Origin: Methanosarcina horonobensis HB-1 = JCM 15518
GTDB lineage: Archaea > Halobacteriota > Methanosarcinia > Methanosarcinales > Methanosarcinaceae
Assembly: GCF_000970285.1 (NCBI RefSeq)
Contig: NZ_CP009516.1
Coordinates: 761,036 to 785,035 of the forward strand
DNA length: 24,000 nt
Direction of reading: 5' to 3'
The position numbers and the translations under genes were made by a program. Below the pieces are notes generated by a model. That model was not told the DNA's origin. It did not search any database and saw only the letters and a program-made list of their open reading frames with translations. Below, one piece after another: positions 6,700 to 14,329 of the stretch. The stretch's first letter is position 1, and every line of letters starts with the position of its first letter.

Positions 6700-7515
6700 T
6701 TACCCCTCATATGAAACAACTTTCTTTCCGATTAGACTGAAGGCTTTTGAGATCCCTGTCTTCAGCGAACCGCAGGTAGTAATATTACTCAGGTCTACCC
6801 CAAGTGTTACCAGGGTCTGTGAGACTTCAGGGCTGAAACCGGTTAGAATTGTCTGTGCACCTAACATTTTTGCCGCATTTACTGTCTTGATGATATGTCT
6901 TGCAACTGCAGTGTCTACTACCGGTACCCCCGTAAGGTCCAGAATCGCCAGTTCAGCTTCGTTTTCGACAATTGAGTTTAGCAGGTTTTCTATAATCTGC
7001 TGTGCACGCGCCGTATCAACAATTCCTACCAGCGGCAATAACAGGATTCCATCCCATATTTTGATCACAGGAGTTGCGAGTTCAAGGATTGTCTGGGTTT
7101 GTGTGCGAAGTTCGTTTTCCATCTTTACTTTGCTGGTAATATCCGTAATATATTCAAGACCTCCTACAATTTTTCCATTCTCATCTTTTAATGGCACGGC
7201 CGTTATCTCTATATTGATTGTTTCTTTGTGATGCGGGATTTCATAATGACCTGTATATTTTTTGCCGCTATCCATTGCCTCCTTGATTCCACAATTGGAA
7301 GAACTGCAACACTTTGCTTCGATAACGTTAAAACATTTTTTGCCAATAGCTTCCTCAAATTCTTTTTTGCACCAGTCACAACCTGCAGAGTTGATAAATA
7401 GAATATTAAAGTCCTTATCCACAGCTATTACAGGAATTGGGATTGATTCAAGAAGAATGTGTTCCAGATCAGTTGCTTTTATTCTGTGTTTATCTGTAGT
7501 GTCCATTTTTATCAT
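6700..7515 (-). CDS. RsbR-like stressosome sensor: N-terminal Cys-rich PAS domain plus C-terminal STAS domain
   Basis: 271 aa. The C-terminal half LLLPLVGIVDTARAQQIIENLL...LDLTGVPVVDTAVARHIIK...TGFSPEVSQTLVTLGVDL matches B. subtilis RsbRA (VLPLIGTIDTERAKLIIENLL...IDITGVPVVDTMVAHHIIQ...VGIRPEIAQTIVNLGIEL). Both phospho-acceptor Thr positions are conserved. The N-terminal half looks like a PAS fold (IPIPVIAVDKDFNILFINSAG...ITAVPLKDENGKIVGGLEYITDIT) with six Cys residues. Confidence 0.9.
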   Translation of the reverse strand: MIKMDTTDKHRIKATDLEHILLESIPIPVIAVDKDFNILFINSAGCDWCKKEFEEAIGKKCFNVIEAKCCSSSNCGIKEAMDSGKKYTGHYEIPHHKETINIEITAVPLKDENGKIVGGLEYITDITSKVKMENELRTQTQTILELATPVIKIWDGILLLPLVGIVDTARAQQIIENLLNSIVENEAELAILDLTGVPVVDTAVARHIIKTVNAAKMLGAQTILTGFSPEVSQTLVTLGVDLSNITTCGSLKTGISKAFSLIGKKVVSYEG

Positions 7516-7925
7516 CTTTCACCGAATTTTACGACTCTTTAAAGCAGTAATTCATAGCCCTTACTATTTATTTGGAATGAAACCAGTTATCAGAGATCTT
7601 CTTTTGCTGCATAATGCTACACTGCCTTAGAGGCATATTAAGAACTTTTATATTATATTTATTATATTCTTAAGTATTCTACTTAAAATTTCTTATAATA
7701 TCTGTAGCTTGATCCATACTGCAGTTTAAAAGCAAAGATAATCCTCTTTTAAAGTAGGGAAGACCAGACTCTGAATTCTATTTTTAAGAATTAGAGAGTT
7801 TGCTGAGTCTGGGAAACAACATAAATAAGATCATATCTATCACTAGTTTACCGACTGCAAACAAAGTTCTGAATGACTTAGCTTATACCCCATTAACCCT
7901 GACAAGAAGAATAAGGTGATCCCTG

Positions 7926-8228
7926 ATGCACAAGACACTCAATCTTGATGATTTAATAGCCAAAAAGAATAGCGAAAGTATTGAAACAGATCCCGAACTG
8001 GGATACGAAGAGCTCTACGACCTGATTATCCCCCCTGGAACAGTTGTATCAATTATCTACGATATCGTGGAAGAATTCGGACTTGAGCCCATAACTAGGA
8101 AAATGCCTATTAATATTGCAAACAGTGAAGAAAGGGAAATACTTGTCCTTCGCGGTCCTCTTGAAAAGGTTCAGGCTGCAGAAGAATTCCTCTATAAGGA
8201 AATGAAGGCTTGGGTTGAAAATCAATAA
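7926..8228 (+). CDS. Hypothetical acidic 100-aa protein
   Basis: ATG ORF with protein-like composition, preceded by SD-like aaggtgat at 7913-7920. No motif recognised. Confidence 0.5.
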   Translation: MHKTLNLDDLIAKKNSESIETDPELGYEELYDLIIPPGTVVSIIYDIVEEFGLEPITRKMPINIANSEEREILVLRGPLEKVQAAEEFLYKEMKAWVENQ

Positions 8229-8382
8229 GTTTCACGGTCAGGTAAAAGAAATAAAAGCAACAGGAACAGGTGCTGGATAAGTGAAATAACAACTTTTCAG
8301 TAAAAACAATATTTTTTCTTTAAAGAAGGTACAAGCACGAAGAAAAAGATGCAAAAAGGTCCCGATTACTTCGGAACCTTGA

Positions 8383-9363
8383 TTACTCGGAACATATACC
8401 TGTAATACTGTCTTTTGAAAAGTCAAAAACTGTTACCCTACCTGTTTGGTCGTATATATCGAGCTTTGATCCTTCTTCGATTTTTCCTATAACTGCAGCC
8501 GTGAGCCCTGCCTTTTCAAACACATTTACACACTCTTCGGCTCTTTCCGGATCTGCAGTAAACGCGTAGCCTGTTCCGGGATGTACTTTCAGCCACTGCT
8601 CAAAGTCCACACCTTCCGGTCTCGGGACTTTTTCCAGATCCACCGAAGCTCCTACTCTGCTCGTCTCGCAGAGCATTCCAAGCGTTCCTATAAGCCCTGG
8701 ATTGCTTATATCCTTGCCAGCGGTTGCAAGCTTTTTCTGCGCTATTTCCTGTGTTACAAGGTAGCTTTCTCTCAGGACTGCAGGCTCTTTAAAGGAAGTT
8801 GTGTCCCAGCTGTAAGGGGAATTCGGACCGATTTTTCCGTCCATATCATAGGCTGCAATTACCATATCTCCGGGTTTTGCGGTATCACTCCGGATTACAC
8901 AATCCCTTTTGACAATCCCTATGATGGCAACGGAAAGAGAATTATATTGCGTATCAGGGTGGACATGCCCTCCAACTACAGGAACTCCGAATTTTCTTAC
9001 TCCTTCAGCCAGCCCTTCCATAAGTTCCCTGCAGGCTTTTGAGGAATTTGCAGAAGCAATATCTACCATGGCAAGAGGCTTTCCACCCATGGCTGCAATG
9101 TCATTTATATTCACAACAACAGCCCCGTACCCTGCCCACCAGGGGCTTGCATCCAGCAGCCGCCCCCAGATGCCGTCTGCTGCAAAGAGGATAACATCAT
9201 CTCCTCCGATATCAATCACTGCTGCGTCATCCCCGAAATCAACGATAGCGTTTCCGTATTCAGGGCGGACAGTTTCGAAGATCGAAACTATATCCTCAAT
9301 CTGTCTTTTTCGGGTAACCCCTTCAAAACTTCTTATCCTTTCTGCTAGCTCTTCCAGGTTCAA
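8383..9363 (-). CDS. AIR synthase-related (PurM/ThiL/HypE/SelD superfamily) ATP-binding protein; possibly the methanogen-restricted 'methanogenesis marker 2' type
   Basis: 326 aa. The PurM-superfamily N-domain motif is DFGDDAAVIDIGGDD...FAADG, followed by NINDIAAMGGKPLAM, GGH and a C-terminal PurM-like domain. The N-terminus does not look like ThiL or HypE. The specific subfamily call is from memory of family descriptions only. Confidence 0.8.
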   Translation of the reverse strand: MNLEELAERIRSFEGVTRKRQIEDIVSIFETVRPEYGNAIVDFGDDAAVIDIGGDDVILFAADGIWGRLLDASPWWAGYGAVVVNINDIAAMGGKPLAMVDIASANSSKACRELMEGLAEGVRKFGVPVVGGHVHPDTQYNSLSVAIIGIVKRDCVIRSDTAKPGDMVIAAYDMDGKIGPNSPYSWDTTSFKEPAVLRESYLVTQEIAQKKLATAGKDISNPGLIGTLGMLCETSRVGASVDLEKVPRPEGVDFEQWLKVHPGTGYAFTADPERAEECVNVFEKAGLTAAVIGKIEEGSKLDIYDQTGRVTVFDFSKDSITGICSE

Positions 9364-9425
9364 TCAAAGGCTCCCTTTGTTTTTTAGTTATCATATTTCT
9401 AGACAATAATTATAACAGGACCAGG

Positions 9426-9560
9426 TTAATGGTAAGATCTAATCGGATCCAATTAACGGTAAGACCTGATTAATGGTAAGATCACAATAACGGATGATAG
9501 TAAAATTGCAATAAATTATTGAAACTAAATGCAAGGTTCTGGTAAGTGGTTCTGGTAAGT
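9426..9560. repeat. Array of GGTAAG-core direct repeats: 3 x 14-mer TTAA[TC]GGTAAGA[TC]C plus 2 x tandem 13-mer GGTTCTGGTAAGT
   Basis: ttaatggtaagatc 9426-9439, ttaacggtaagacc 9453-9466, ttaatggtaagatc 9470-9483, ggttctggtaagt 9535-9547 and 9548-9560. All are on the same strand, in the divergent intergenic region 9364-9848. Confidence 0.85.
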
Positions 9561-9848
9561 TAATGATAAACTTATTGCAGGTCACTTGCAAAGTATGTAA
9601 ATTTATTAAGAGTAATTATTAGCGATGGATTTCCCGGGTATATAAGGTTGACCTGCTCAATTATCCCTGTTACCATAAAATAGTGGGTAACATGGTCAGT
9701 AAGTAATTCAGATTATCCTTTATCTGTTTTTTTCTTTGTTTCGGGGAAGGGAAGCGACAGCTTTTTATTAAATTATTATCTCCTAATATGTCAACCTTAT
9801 ATATTTTCTACTCTATAAAAGTCCCCCTAATTATAAGGAGTGAAAAAC

Positions 9849-10025
9849 ATGGTAGCAAAAATCGATGCCGACGCCTGCACAGGCTGTGGAAGCTGTATAG
9901 ATGAATGCCCTGCAGCTGCAATCACCCTCAGTGACGATGATATTGCAGTTGTAGACGAAGATGAATGCCTTGACTGCGGTGCATGTGAAGATGCCTGCCC
10001 GAACGGGGCAATCACCCTCGAGTAA
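9849..10025 (+). CDS. 2x[4Fe-4S] ferredoxin (58 aa)
   Basis: Two canonical motifs: [12 protein letters not shown] and [13 protein letters not shown] prefer ATG 9849 with SD aaggag 7-8 nt upstream over the listed GTG at 9840. Confidence 0.85.
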   Translation: MVAKIDADACTGCGSCIDECPAAAITLSDDDIAVVDEDECLDCGACEDACPNGAITLE

Positions 10026-10049
10026 CGTTTTTAAAAATAAGTCTGAGAA

Positions 10050-10069
10050 GCGGAGTTCTTGAACTCCGC
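10050..10069. terminator. GC-rich hairpin between convergent ferredoxin and nifB genes (possible bidirectional terminator)
   Basis: gcggagttc / tt / gaactccgc is a perfect 9-bp inverted repeat. A T6 run lies at about 10094-10099 on the + strand. Confidence 0.5.
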
Positions 10070-10143
10070 CTCTTCGGCCCGGATTTCATAACTTTTTTAA
10101 CCCGAAGCTGAGAAATAAAATTCTGAAAAATCTATAAAGTTAT

Positions 10144-11115
10144 TCAGGATTCTTCTTTTCCGTTCTTCTTCAGAACTTCTTTTGCTTTTTCCATGTCTTC
10201 CTTTGACTGGATTTTTATAATCTTTCTGCGTTCTTCGCTCATCTGTGACATGTCCTGAGCAAGGAGACCGTAGGCATCAGCCCTGCACTGCCTGCAGTGG
10301 CGCATCTGCATAACATAAGGTTCGCAGGCTTCCTGGACAGCTTTTCTTTCTTCTGCTGTTGGAGGCTCTATGTCTGCAAAGGCTCCCTGGCTGATCAGGG
10401 GCATGACGTTCATGATATAAACCCCGAGTTCATTGAGTTTTCTGGCAATCTCGATTACATGCTTGTCATTGATGCCCGGGACAAGCACAGTGTTGACCTT
10501 AACAACCATACCTGCATCAACAGCAGCCTTAATGCCCTCAAGCTGGTTTTTGACCTGAATCTCAGCACCTTCTACTCCCCTGTAGACCTTCCCGTGATAT
10601 ACTACATGGTCCACTATTTTTGCCTGAATTTCGGGGTCGATAGCGTTTACTGTCACAGTTAGCGTGGAAACTCCCACTCGCAGGAGATCCTGCAGCTTTT
10701 CGGGAAGCAAGAGCCCGTTTGTACTCATGCAGAGTGTGAGATCCGGAAATTCTTTTTTAATCAGTTCAAAGGTTTCAAAGGTCGCATCATTAGCTAGAGG
10801 GTCACCCGGGCCTGCAATCCCGACAACTTTAATGAACGGATAATCTGCCACAATCTGTCTTGTCTTCTCAAGAGCTTCCTGCGGACTCAGGACCTTACTT
10901 GTAACCCCGGGCCGACTCTCGTTTACGCAGTCAAATTCGCGGACACAGAAGTTGCACTGGATATTGCACTTGGGAGCTACAGCCAGGTGAATTCTTCCGT
11001 ACTTGTGTTGAGCTTTCTTATCATAGCAGGGATGCTCGGCAATCTTTCTAAGGAGCTCCTCTCCAGTTGCAGGGATGTTATTGGTGTTGTCTAAATATTG
11101 GTTTTTTTCTGGCAA
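10144..11115 (-). CDS. nifB: Radical SAM nitrogenase cofactor maturase NifB (minimal, stand-alone SAM domain form)
   Basis: 323 aa. Radical-SAM motif CNIQCNFC (Cys50/54/57). Additional Cys30, His43, Cys63, Cys129, Cys264, Cys274 and Cys277 (HPCY, RIHL, FDCVNESRPG, LTLCMSTNG, ACEPY, HCRQCRADAYG). These fall at the positions I recall as K1/K2 cluster ligands of M. acetivorans NifB. TTG start at 11113-11115, preceded by a strong SD ggaggag. Confidence 0.9.
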   Translation of the reverse strand: MPEKNQYLDNTNNIPATGEELLRKIAEHPCYDKKAQHKYGRIHLAVAPKCNIQCNFCVREFDCVNESRPGVTSKVLSPQEALEKTRQIVADYPFIKVVGIAGPGDPLANDATFETFELIKKEFPDLTLCMSTNGLLLPEKLQDLLRVGVSTLTVTVNAIDPEIQAKIVDHVVYHGKVYRGVEGAEIQVKNQLEGIKAAVDAGMVVKVNTVLVPGINDKHVIEIARKLNELGVYIMNVMPLISQGAFADIEPPTAEERKAVQEACEPYVMQMRHCRQCRADAYGLLAQDMSQMSEERRKIIKIQSKEDMEKAKEVLKKNGKEES

Positions 11116-11493
11116 ATTACTCTCCTCCGTTCGAAATTTAAGGTGAAATAAGATTCCACAGTAAAAGGGGATTTTAGGATGTCTAAAGCACCTATGATAT
11201 AGCTTCCTGATATACGTTGTGGAATCATTTTGAGGTTATTTAATAATTATTTTGAACTTCTTTTCGAATTATTCTGAATTATTCTAATATTGTTCTAATG
11301 CCGCTCTGAATGAGAAGATGCTATAACCGGCATCTTCCAGTTTTAAATGAGCCTTTCAATTCTTTTTTGAGCACTGTAAATTGAACATTACTGGATTTGA
11401 GATCATGTACCGAGATTTAAATATCTCTAATTATATTTAAATATCATATTTGCAAAGTCAGTCTGTACGCAAATTACCCACCGCTTCACCTTT

Positions 11494-11856
11494 TCAATCT
11501 GAAAAATTGTCCATTTCGCACCATTTGCCTTCCCCTTCCCAGACTCTTACCAGAAGAGGAAAACCGAATCTATCAAGAAGGCGGGAATGAATATGCTGGC
11601 ACAGGTACTCGGAACTGGGGAATTCCAGGATATCATTTAATAGAATATGGTCATACTCCTGAAGAGTATCCTTGATGCCTTTTTTCAGGTCATAGAAATC
11701 GATTACCATTCCATTTTCCCTGACCTCTCCTTCTACTACCACTTCGATTTTATATGTATGGCCATGTACTCTTCCGCACTTCCCGTGCCCCGGAAGGTAA
11801 TGTGCACTATCAATATAATCAATAACTCCCAATCTCATGTTAACCATTTCGTTCAT
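11494..11856 (-). CDS. queD: 6-carboxy-5,6,7,8-tetrahydropterin synthase (QueD / PTPS family)
   Basis: 120 aa. Zn/catalytic motif CGRVHGHTYKIEV, plus LDH-type context (YDHILLND) typical of QueD/PTPS. Confidence 0.88.
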   Translation of the reverse strand: MNEMVNMRLGVIDYIDSAHYLPGHGKCGRVHGHTYKIEVVVEGEVRENGMVIDFYDLKKGIKDTLQEYDHILLNDILEFPSSEYLCQHIHSRLLDRFGFPLLVRVWEGEGKWCEMDNFSD

Positions 11857-12017
11857 CCCTTTTTGATTTTTTCCGCTCCTACCACTTAACTGCTTTCTGT
11901 CTATCGACGATCTGTTGCTTGCCGATTATCTTGCTGTTTATCGATTATTATTTCTATATCCCTACCGTTTTTCCGCATTCTGACTGCCTGTCCGAGTCAT
12001 TCTACCCTCTCTTTCGG

Positions 12018-12785
12018 TTACAGGCAACCCCACATCCTGTGGGTCTGCGGAATAATTCGTGTATCAGCCAGTTCGAGCAGGGTTTTCTGCAGCTTTAGAA
12101 TGGTCTGTACGGACGCCTGCGTAAATCTCGGAGTCCTTACCGCACTGCCAAGAGGCGTTTCGGGCTGAAGAACTATACAGGATACATAGGGTGAAATTGC
12201 TTCTGCAGCCATAGTTACGGTATCCGGGTTTGTGTCCCTGCCTATTACAATCTTACAAAAGCAGTCTCTTGAATTACTTTTTCTCAGGAGCTTGAAGCAT
12301 TCGATCGTATTTTCCATATGTACTTCCCTGGTTTCAGGGCAGATGTCCCGAACAGCCTCTGGGAGTTTAAAATCTCCCGAAACATATGCGATATTCTCGC
12401 GCAATTTCCTTGCCTGCTCAGGCAGGGTCATATTGGATTCCAGGTACAGGGGCACGGAAAGGTCCAGTTTCTCTATGAAATCAGCGTGCAGGAGAGGTTC
12501 TCCTCCTGTCAGGGATACGGAATGAAGCTTTCTGAAAGGCTGCAGCATTGATTCCAGCTTTTCAATACTTACAGGGTTTGGAACCTTTTCAAAAACCCCA
12601 CTTCCTTCAAATCTTTCGTAGTCACAGGTTCCTGGGTTTTCGAAATTCGTATCACAGTAATTACATTTGAGGTTACAGCCTGAAAATCGGACAAAAGCCT
12701 GCCTTGTGCCAACGTAGGGACCTTCTCCCTGCACGGAACAGAAGACCTCTCTTATTTGAGCGGACTCTATTTTTGAGGAGGACAT
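12018..12785 (-). CDS. queE: 7-carboxy-7-deazaguanine synthase (radical SAM QueE)
   Basis: 255 aa. N-terminal FCSVQGEGPYVGTRQAFVRFSGCNLKCNYCDT (QueE signature with a CX3CX2C cluster motif) and LTGGEPLL. Confidence 0.9.
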   Translation of the reverse strand: MSSSKIESAQIREVFCSVQGEGPYVGTRQAFVRFSGCNLKCNYCDTNFENPGTCDYERFEGSGVFEKVPNPVSIEKLESMLQPFRKLHSVSLTGGEPLLHADFIEKLDLSVPLYLESNMTLPEQARKLRENIAYVSGDFKLPEAVRDICPETREVHMENTIECFKLLRKSNSRDCFCKIVIGRDTNPDTVTMAAEAISPYVSCIVLQPETPLGSAVRTPRFTQASVQTILKLQKTLLELADTRIIPQTHRMWGCL

Positions 12786-13346
12786 TTACACAACCCCGAT
12801 AGGCCGGGATTTTCTGAGATCCTTTTCGATATCCTCAAATTCCCTTAGATAAGCTTCCCCTATTTTCGTCATCAGTTTCACAATACTCTCATTGTCTTCT
12901 ATTCCGGCTTCTTTCAGGTTTCCATAAACCTTGTGAGAGGCATTTATGCCGAAGTGAATCTTCTGGGAAACAGCCGAGGTGCTGGCAATTGATACTGTCA
13001 GCTTCTTTCCCTCAAGAAATAGATCATCTCCCTCCCTTGATGTATGGATTCCAAGCCCTGCAAGGTATTCTCTTACAATCGCGGTAAAAAGACGCTGGCG
13101 TGCATAGATCAATTTCAGGTCAGTGGAATCGAAGTGTTCTATTATGAAACTCACCATGTCTTCAGACCAGATAGACTCGTTTGCCCTCCGGTCTTCAAGG
13201 TCGATCATGTGCTCTATTTTTACGTCACATGCACCTCTGAAAACAATAATGGAATCTTCCTGCACTCCGAAGCTGTTATAAGCCCAGAGGGAAGAAATCT
13301 GGCTCCCGTCGTAATCAAATTTTTCCGGTAAAATAATACATTTCAT
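12786..13346 (-). CDS. DUF366-family protein of unknown function (COG2029-like)
   Basis: 186 aa. Its stop codon (12786-12788) directly abuts the queE start codon (12783-12785). It is embedded between queC and queE on the same strand. Family assignment is from memory of archaeal DUF366 proteins. No catalytic motif identified with certainty. Confidence 0.75.
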   Translation of the reverse strand: MKCIILPEKFDYDGSQISSLWAYNSFGVQEDSIIVFRGACDVKIEHMIDLEDRRANESIWSEDMVSFIIEHFDSTDLKLIYARQRLFTAIVREYLAGLGIHTSREGDDLFLEGKKLTVSIASTSAVSQKIHFGINASHKVYGNLKEAGIEDNESIVKLMTKIGEAYLREFEDIEKDLRKSRPIGVV

Positions 13347-13430
13347 GGAACTCTCTCTATAACACTCTTTAATTATCTCTTTATCATCTAACGGATCTCG
13401 TCAGCACCTTACCAGTTTAATGCTTCAGGT

Positions 13431-14126
13431 TTAGACCCCAAGCCTTTCAAGAAGCGGGTCTTTTACACCTGAGTTTTTAAATGCCCTTGCCCTGCGCATG
13501 CAGCTCTCGCACTCTCCGCACGGAGTATCCTCACCGTGATAGCAACTCCAGCTGTATTCAAGGGGAGCTTTTGCTTCAAGAGCCCTTTTGACAATTTCAG
13601 TTTTCCCCAGTTCGATTAGGGGAGCCAGTACATGCACTCCGTTCTGTGTGGAGTAAGAAAAAGCGTGGTCCATTGCATGTACGTAATCAAGGGAGTTGTC
13701 AGGAAAAGTTCCGGCTTCTTCCCCGTTAAAGCCAACCACTATGTAATCACAGCCCCTGCTTTCGGCAAAGCTTCCTGCAATGTTTAACATAACCCCGTTT
13801 CTGTTCGGGACCCAGACTGCCTTTGCAGAATTTTCAGTAATTGCGGCAGGGGCAGCTTCATCGATATCTTCAAAGGAGAGAGAAGGGACTTCTTCGTTCC
13901 TGTTTACGAGGGATGTGTGTGTTATTTCTCCAAGCCAGTCCAGCCTGATTACTCTATGCTCTATTCCGAAGTATTCGCAAATCTTCCGGGAATACTCTAT
14001 TTCCCGCTGCACGGCTCTCTGCCCGTAGTCAAAAGTAATTGCCATCTCAATTTTCATACTCTCTGCTGCGATCGCAAGTGCTGCGACAGAATCAAGTCCG
14101 CTGCTCAGGAGGGTTATAGCTTTCAT
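13431..14126 (-). CDS. queC: 7-cyano-7-deazaguanine (preQ0) synthase QueC
   Basis: 231 aa. PP-loop ATPase motif [12 protein letters not shown], and the C-terminal Zn-binding Cys cluster CYHG...[10 protein letters not shown], characteristic of QueC. Confidence 0.92.
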   Translation of the reverse strand: MKAITLLSSGLDSVAALAIAAESMKIEMAITFDYGQRAVQREIEYSRKICEYFGIEHRVIRLDWLGEITHTSLVNRNEEVPSLSFEDIDEAAPAAITENSAKAVWVPNRNGVMLNIAGSFAESRGCDYIVVGFNGEEAGTFPDNSLDYVHAMDHAFSYSTQNGVHVLAPLIELGKTEIVKRALEAKAPLEYSWSCYHGEDTPCGECESCMRRARAFKNSGVKDPLLERLGV

Positions 14127-14329
14127 TCCTTCCTCACTAACTCTTATTTTATAGGAAATATTCCGTACATTTCTATGTTTTCTATTCCCCCAGGACTCTT
14201 CGAATATTCTCCCAGGATCATTGGAGTAATATCTGTAACTTCTATTTAAAAATAGCTGCTTTCCTACCTGGGCGTTTTCCTTCTCCCATCACGGGGCATA
14301 TATTAAATATTCAGGACATCTAATATTAA

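Noticed and set aside
8364-8393. Near-duplicate gattac(t)tcggaac motif at the 3' end of the PurM-like gene
   Set aside because: The copies are only 13-14 nt with an indel, and one copy is simply the last codons plus the stop. This is probably a trivial local slippage event with no evident function.
8581-9409. Two overlapping + strand ORFs (153 aa and 166 aa)
   Set aside because: Both are antisense to the PurM-like gene, which has clear GDDAAV and other superfamily motifs. Their Ser/Pro/Thr-rich, low-complexity translations are shadow ORFs.
9426-9560. GGTAAG repeat array as a CRISPR array
   Set aside because: The units are only 13-14 bp, the spacings are irregular (27, 17, about 50 and 0 bp), there are no unique spacers of uniform length, and no cas genes lie nearby.
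9639-9803. 14-bp inverted repeats as termini of a MITE
   Set aside because: I could see no target-site duplication flanking the arms, and the arms coincide with sensible TATA-box positions for the divergent genes. It is kept only as an alternative explanation in the finding.
11494-14126. queC/queE/queD cluster as a Dpd-like 7-deazaguanine DNA-modification or defence island
   Set aside because: No DpdA/TGT paralogue, helicase, nuclease or other dpd-type gene is present. The gene set is what an archaeon needs for archaeosine in tRNA.
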